64,000 nt of DNA from Eledone cirrhosa. Its lineage: Eukaryota. The notes beneath the pieces are model-generated. The model did not search any database. It was not told the DNA's origin and was given only the letters and a program-made list of their open reading frames with translations. The DNA lies in the NCBI GenBank assembly GCA_964016885.1, contig CAXHJY010000105.1, positions 372,001 to 436,000 of the forward strand, given 5' to 3'. The translations under genes were made by a program, and so were the position numbers. Shown here piece by piece: positions 61,001 through 64,000 of the stretch; the first letter of the stretch is position 1; each line of letters starts with the position of its first letter.

Positions 61001-63200
61001 AAGGATACAGAACACTTGACCTAACAAGGGTACAGAACAGTTGACCTAACATAAGGATGCAGAACACTTGACCTAACATAAGGATACAGAACACTTGACC
61101 TAACATAAGGATACAGAACCCTTGACCTAACATAAGGATACAGAACACTTGACCTAACATAAGGATACAGAACACTTGACCTAACATAAGGATACAGAAC
61201 CCTTGACCTAACATAAGGATACAGAACACTTCACCTAACATAAGGATACAGAACACTTGACCTAACATAGGGATAAAGAACACTTGACCTAACATAAGGA
61301 TACAGAACCCTTGACCTTACATAAGGATACAGAACACTTGACCGCACATAAGGATACAGAACACTTGACCTAACATAAGGATACAGAACACAAGACATAA
61401 CATAAGCATACAGAACCCTTGACCTAACATAAGGATACAGAACACCTGACCTAACATAAGGTTACAAAACACTTGACCTAACATAAGGATACAGAACCCT
61501 TGACCTAACATAAGGATACAGAACCCTTGACCTAACATAAGGATACAGAAGCCTTGACCTAACATAAGATACAGAACACTTGACCTAACATAAGATACAG
61601 AACCCTTGACCTAACATAAGATACAGAACCCTTGACCTAACATAAGGATACAGAACCCTTGACCTAACCTAAGGATACAGAACACTTGACCTAACATAAG
61701 ATACAGAACCCTTGACCTAACATAAGGATACAGAACCCTTGACCTAACCTAAGGATACAAAACACTTGACCTAACATAAGATACAGAACACTTGACCTAA
61801 CAAGGATACAGAAGACTTGACCTAACATAAGCATACAGAACCCTTGACCTAACATAAGGATACAGAACACATGACCTAACAAGGATACAGAAGACTTGAC
61901 CTAACATAAGCGAACAGAACCCTTGACCTAACATAAGGATACAGAACACCTGGCCTAACAAGGATACAGAACACTTCACCTAACATAAGGATACAGAACA
62001 CCTGACCTAACATAAGGATACAGAACACTTGACCTAACATAAGGATACAGAACACTTGACTTAACGTAAGGATACAGAACACTTGACCTAACAAGGATAC
62101 AGAACACTTGACCTGACATAAGGATACAGAACACTTGACCTAACACAAGGATACAGAACACCTGACGTAACATAGGGATACAGAACACTTGACCTAACCT
62201 AAGGATACAGAAGACCTGACCTAACAGAAGGATACAGAACCCTTGACCTAACATAAGGATACAGAACACTTGACCTAACATAAGGATACAGAACACTTGA
62301 CCTAATGTAAGGATACAGAACACCTGACCTAACATAAGGATACAGAAAACCTGACCTAACATAAGGATACAGAACAACTGACCTAACAAAGATACAGAAC
62401 ACCTGACCTAACATAGGGATACAGAACACTTGACCCAACATAAGGATACAGAAGACCTGACCTAACAGAAGGATACAGAACACTTGACCTAACATAAGGA
62501 TGCAAAACCCTTGACCTAACATAAGGATGCAAAACCCTTGACCTAACATAAGGATACAGAACCCTTGACTTAACATAAGGATACAGAACCCTTGACCTAA
62601 CATAAGGATACAGAACACTTGACCTAACATAAGCATACAGAACACCTGACCTAACATAAGGATACAGAACCCTTGACCTAACATAAGGATACAGAACACT
62701 TGACCTAACATAAGGATACAGAACCCTTGACCTAACATAAGGATACAGAACACTTGACCTAACATAAGGATACAGAACACCTGACCTAACATAAGGATAC
62801 AGAACACTTGACCTAACATACGGATACAGAACATTTGACCTAACATAAGGATACAGAACCCTTGACCTAACATAAGGATACAGAATCCTTGACCTAACAT
62901 AAGGATACAGAACCCTTGATCTAACATAAGGATACAGAAGACTTGACCTAACATAACCATACAGAACACTTGACCTAACATAAGGATACAGAACACTTGA
63001 CCTAACATAAGGATACAGAACCCTTGACCTAACATAGGGATGTAGAACACTTGACCTAACATAAGGATACAGAATCCTTGATCTAACATAAGGATACAGA
63101 AGACTTGACCTAACATAACCATACAGAACACTTGACCTAACATAAGGATACAGAACACCTGACCTAACATAGGGATACAGAACCCTTGACCTAACATAGG
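58090..63200. repeat. Near-identical tandem higher-order duplication, offset 2599 bp (about 58090-60600 vs about 60690-63200)
   Basis: CACTTGACTGCAC at 58121/60720. ORF pairs 58179/60778, 58370/60969, 58718/61317, 59092/61691, 59198/61797, 59277/61876 and 59377/61976 are all offset 2599. Confidence 0.95.
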
Positions 63201-64000
63201 GATATAGAACACTTGACCTAACATAAGGATACAGAATCCTTGACCTAACATAAGGATACAGAATCCTTGACCTAACATAAGGATACAGAACACCTGACCT
63301 AACAAGGATACAGAACACTTGACCTAACATAAGGATACAGAACACCTGACCTGACATAAGGATACAGAACACTTGACTTAACGTAAGGATACAGAACACT
63401 TGACCTAACGTAAGGATACAGAACACTTGACCTAACATAAGGATACAAAACCCTTGACCTAACATAAGGATACAGAAGAATTGACCTAACATAAGGATAC
63501 AGAAGAATTGACCTGACATAAGGATACAGAACACTTGACCTAACATAAGGATACAGAACACTTGACCTAACATAAGGATACAGAACACCTGACCTAACAA
63601 GGATACAGAACACTTGACCTAACATAAGGATACAGAACCCTTGACATAACATAAGGATACAGAACACCTGACCTCACATTAGGATACAGAACACTTGACC
63701 TAACATAAGGATACAGAACACTTGACCTAACATAAGGATACAGAACCCTTGACCTAACATAGGGATACAGAACCCTTGACCTAACATAGGGATACAAAAC
63801 ACTTGACCTAACATAAGGATACAGAACCCTTGACCTAACATAAGGATACAGAACCCTTGACCTAACATAAGGATACAGAAACTTGACCTAACATAAGGAT
63901 ACATAACACTTGACCTAATATAAGGATACAGAACACTTGACCTAACATAAGGATACAGAACACGTGACCTAACAAAGATACAGAACACTTGACCTGACAT

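Larger units (their letters stand above)
1..64000. repeat. 27-bp tandem satellite/minisatellite array, consensus CATAAGGATACAGAACACTTGACCTAA, about 2,370 monomers, single orientation, truncated by both window edges
   Basis: The monomer is read directly from base 1 to base 64000 with no intervening unique DNA. The main variable site is GAAC-ACTT/CCTT/ACCT or GAAG-ACTT. Length variants of 24, 25, 26 and 28 bp are interspersed. Confidence 0.99.
51512..64000. repeat. Dispersed related blocks at about 51512-52390, about 56523-57410 and about 63299-64000 (offsets 5011 and 6776 bp); also 54864-56400 related to 59092-60600 (about 4228 bp)
   Basis: Matching ORFs 51512..51880/56523..56891/63299..63667 and 54864/59092/61691. 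Shared markers are a double GAAGAATTGA and CCTCACATTAGG. Confidence 0.85.

Noticed and set aside
187-64000. All minus-strand ORFs (MLGQVFCIL / VLYPYVRSS repeats, up to 789 aa)
   Set aside because: They arise because 27 is divisible by 3 and the minus strand has a stop in only one frame. They overlap in two frames and switch frame at indel monomers. They contain no non-repeat domain, and their starts and stops are set by repeat variants.
1-64000. CRISPR array (27-bp repeat is in the CRISPR size range)
   Set aside because: The repeats are directly adjacent, with no unique spacers, no leader and no cas genes.
1-64000. Canonical telomerase-synthesised telomere tract
   Set aside because: There is no run of more than two CCTAA units. 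Variants are inherited in kb-scale duplicated blocks, which indicates recombinational amplification rather than templated addition. Only a telomere-like origin or location is retained as a hypothesis.
1-64000. Embedded transposon, RNA gene, inversion or unique island
   Set aside because: Reading through, every segment conforms to the 27-bp monomer in the same orientation, and no reverse-complement monomer was seen.
1-64000. Pure sequencing artefact such as a rolling-circle or adapter concatemer
   Set aside because: Rare variants recur in conserved order at exact kb-scale offsets and form regional domains, which random error on one template would not produce. Local mis-assembly remains possible.
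1-64000. Assignment to a named satellite family, centromere or species
   Set aside because: I do not recognise the monomer. This needs a BLAST/Dfam/Repbase search and CENH3 ChIP data that I cannot run.
1-64000. Bacterial promoter-like TTGAC elements or iteron array
   Set aside because: TTGACC lacks a consistently spaced -10 box, there are no genes or rep ORF, and the scale far exceeds iteron arrays.

Overview
The whole 64 kb window is one uninterrupted, head-to-tail tandem array of a 27-bp monomer, consensus (+) CATAAGGATACAGAACACTTGACCTAA. It holds about 2,370 copies (64,000/27), has 37% GC in the consensus, and has an A/C-rich + strand. It runs off both ends of the window, and I saw no unique sequence, inversion, transposon insertion, RNA gene or credible protein-coding gene. 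The ORF track is a by-product of the repeat. The monomer is 9 codons long, has stops in all three + frames, and leaves two - frames open (VLYPYVRSS and MLGQVFCIL); 25/26/28-bp indel monomers switch between those frames. The information lies in the monomer variants. They reveal nested, irregular higher-order duplications (54 bp up to about 4.9 kb) and regional variant domains. They also show a quasi-palindromic mutational hotspot (CCTAA-CA-TAAGG) and a telomere-like CCTAA/TTAGG pentamer substructure. It is best read as eukaryotic satellite or minisatellite DNA, possibly subtelomeric. The organism and function cannot be determined from this window, and I found no evidence for a new gene-encoded system. 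Block boundaries were judged by eye and are approximate; offsets come from paired marker variants and paired ORF coordinates.
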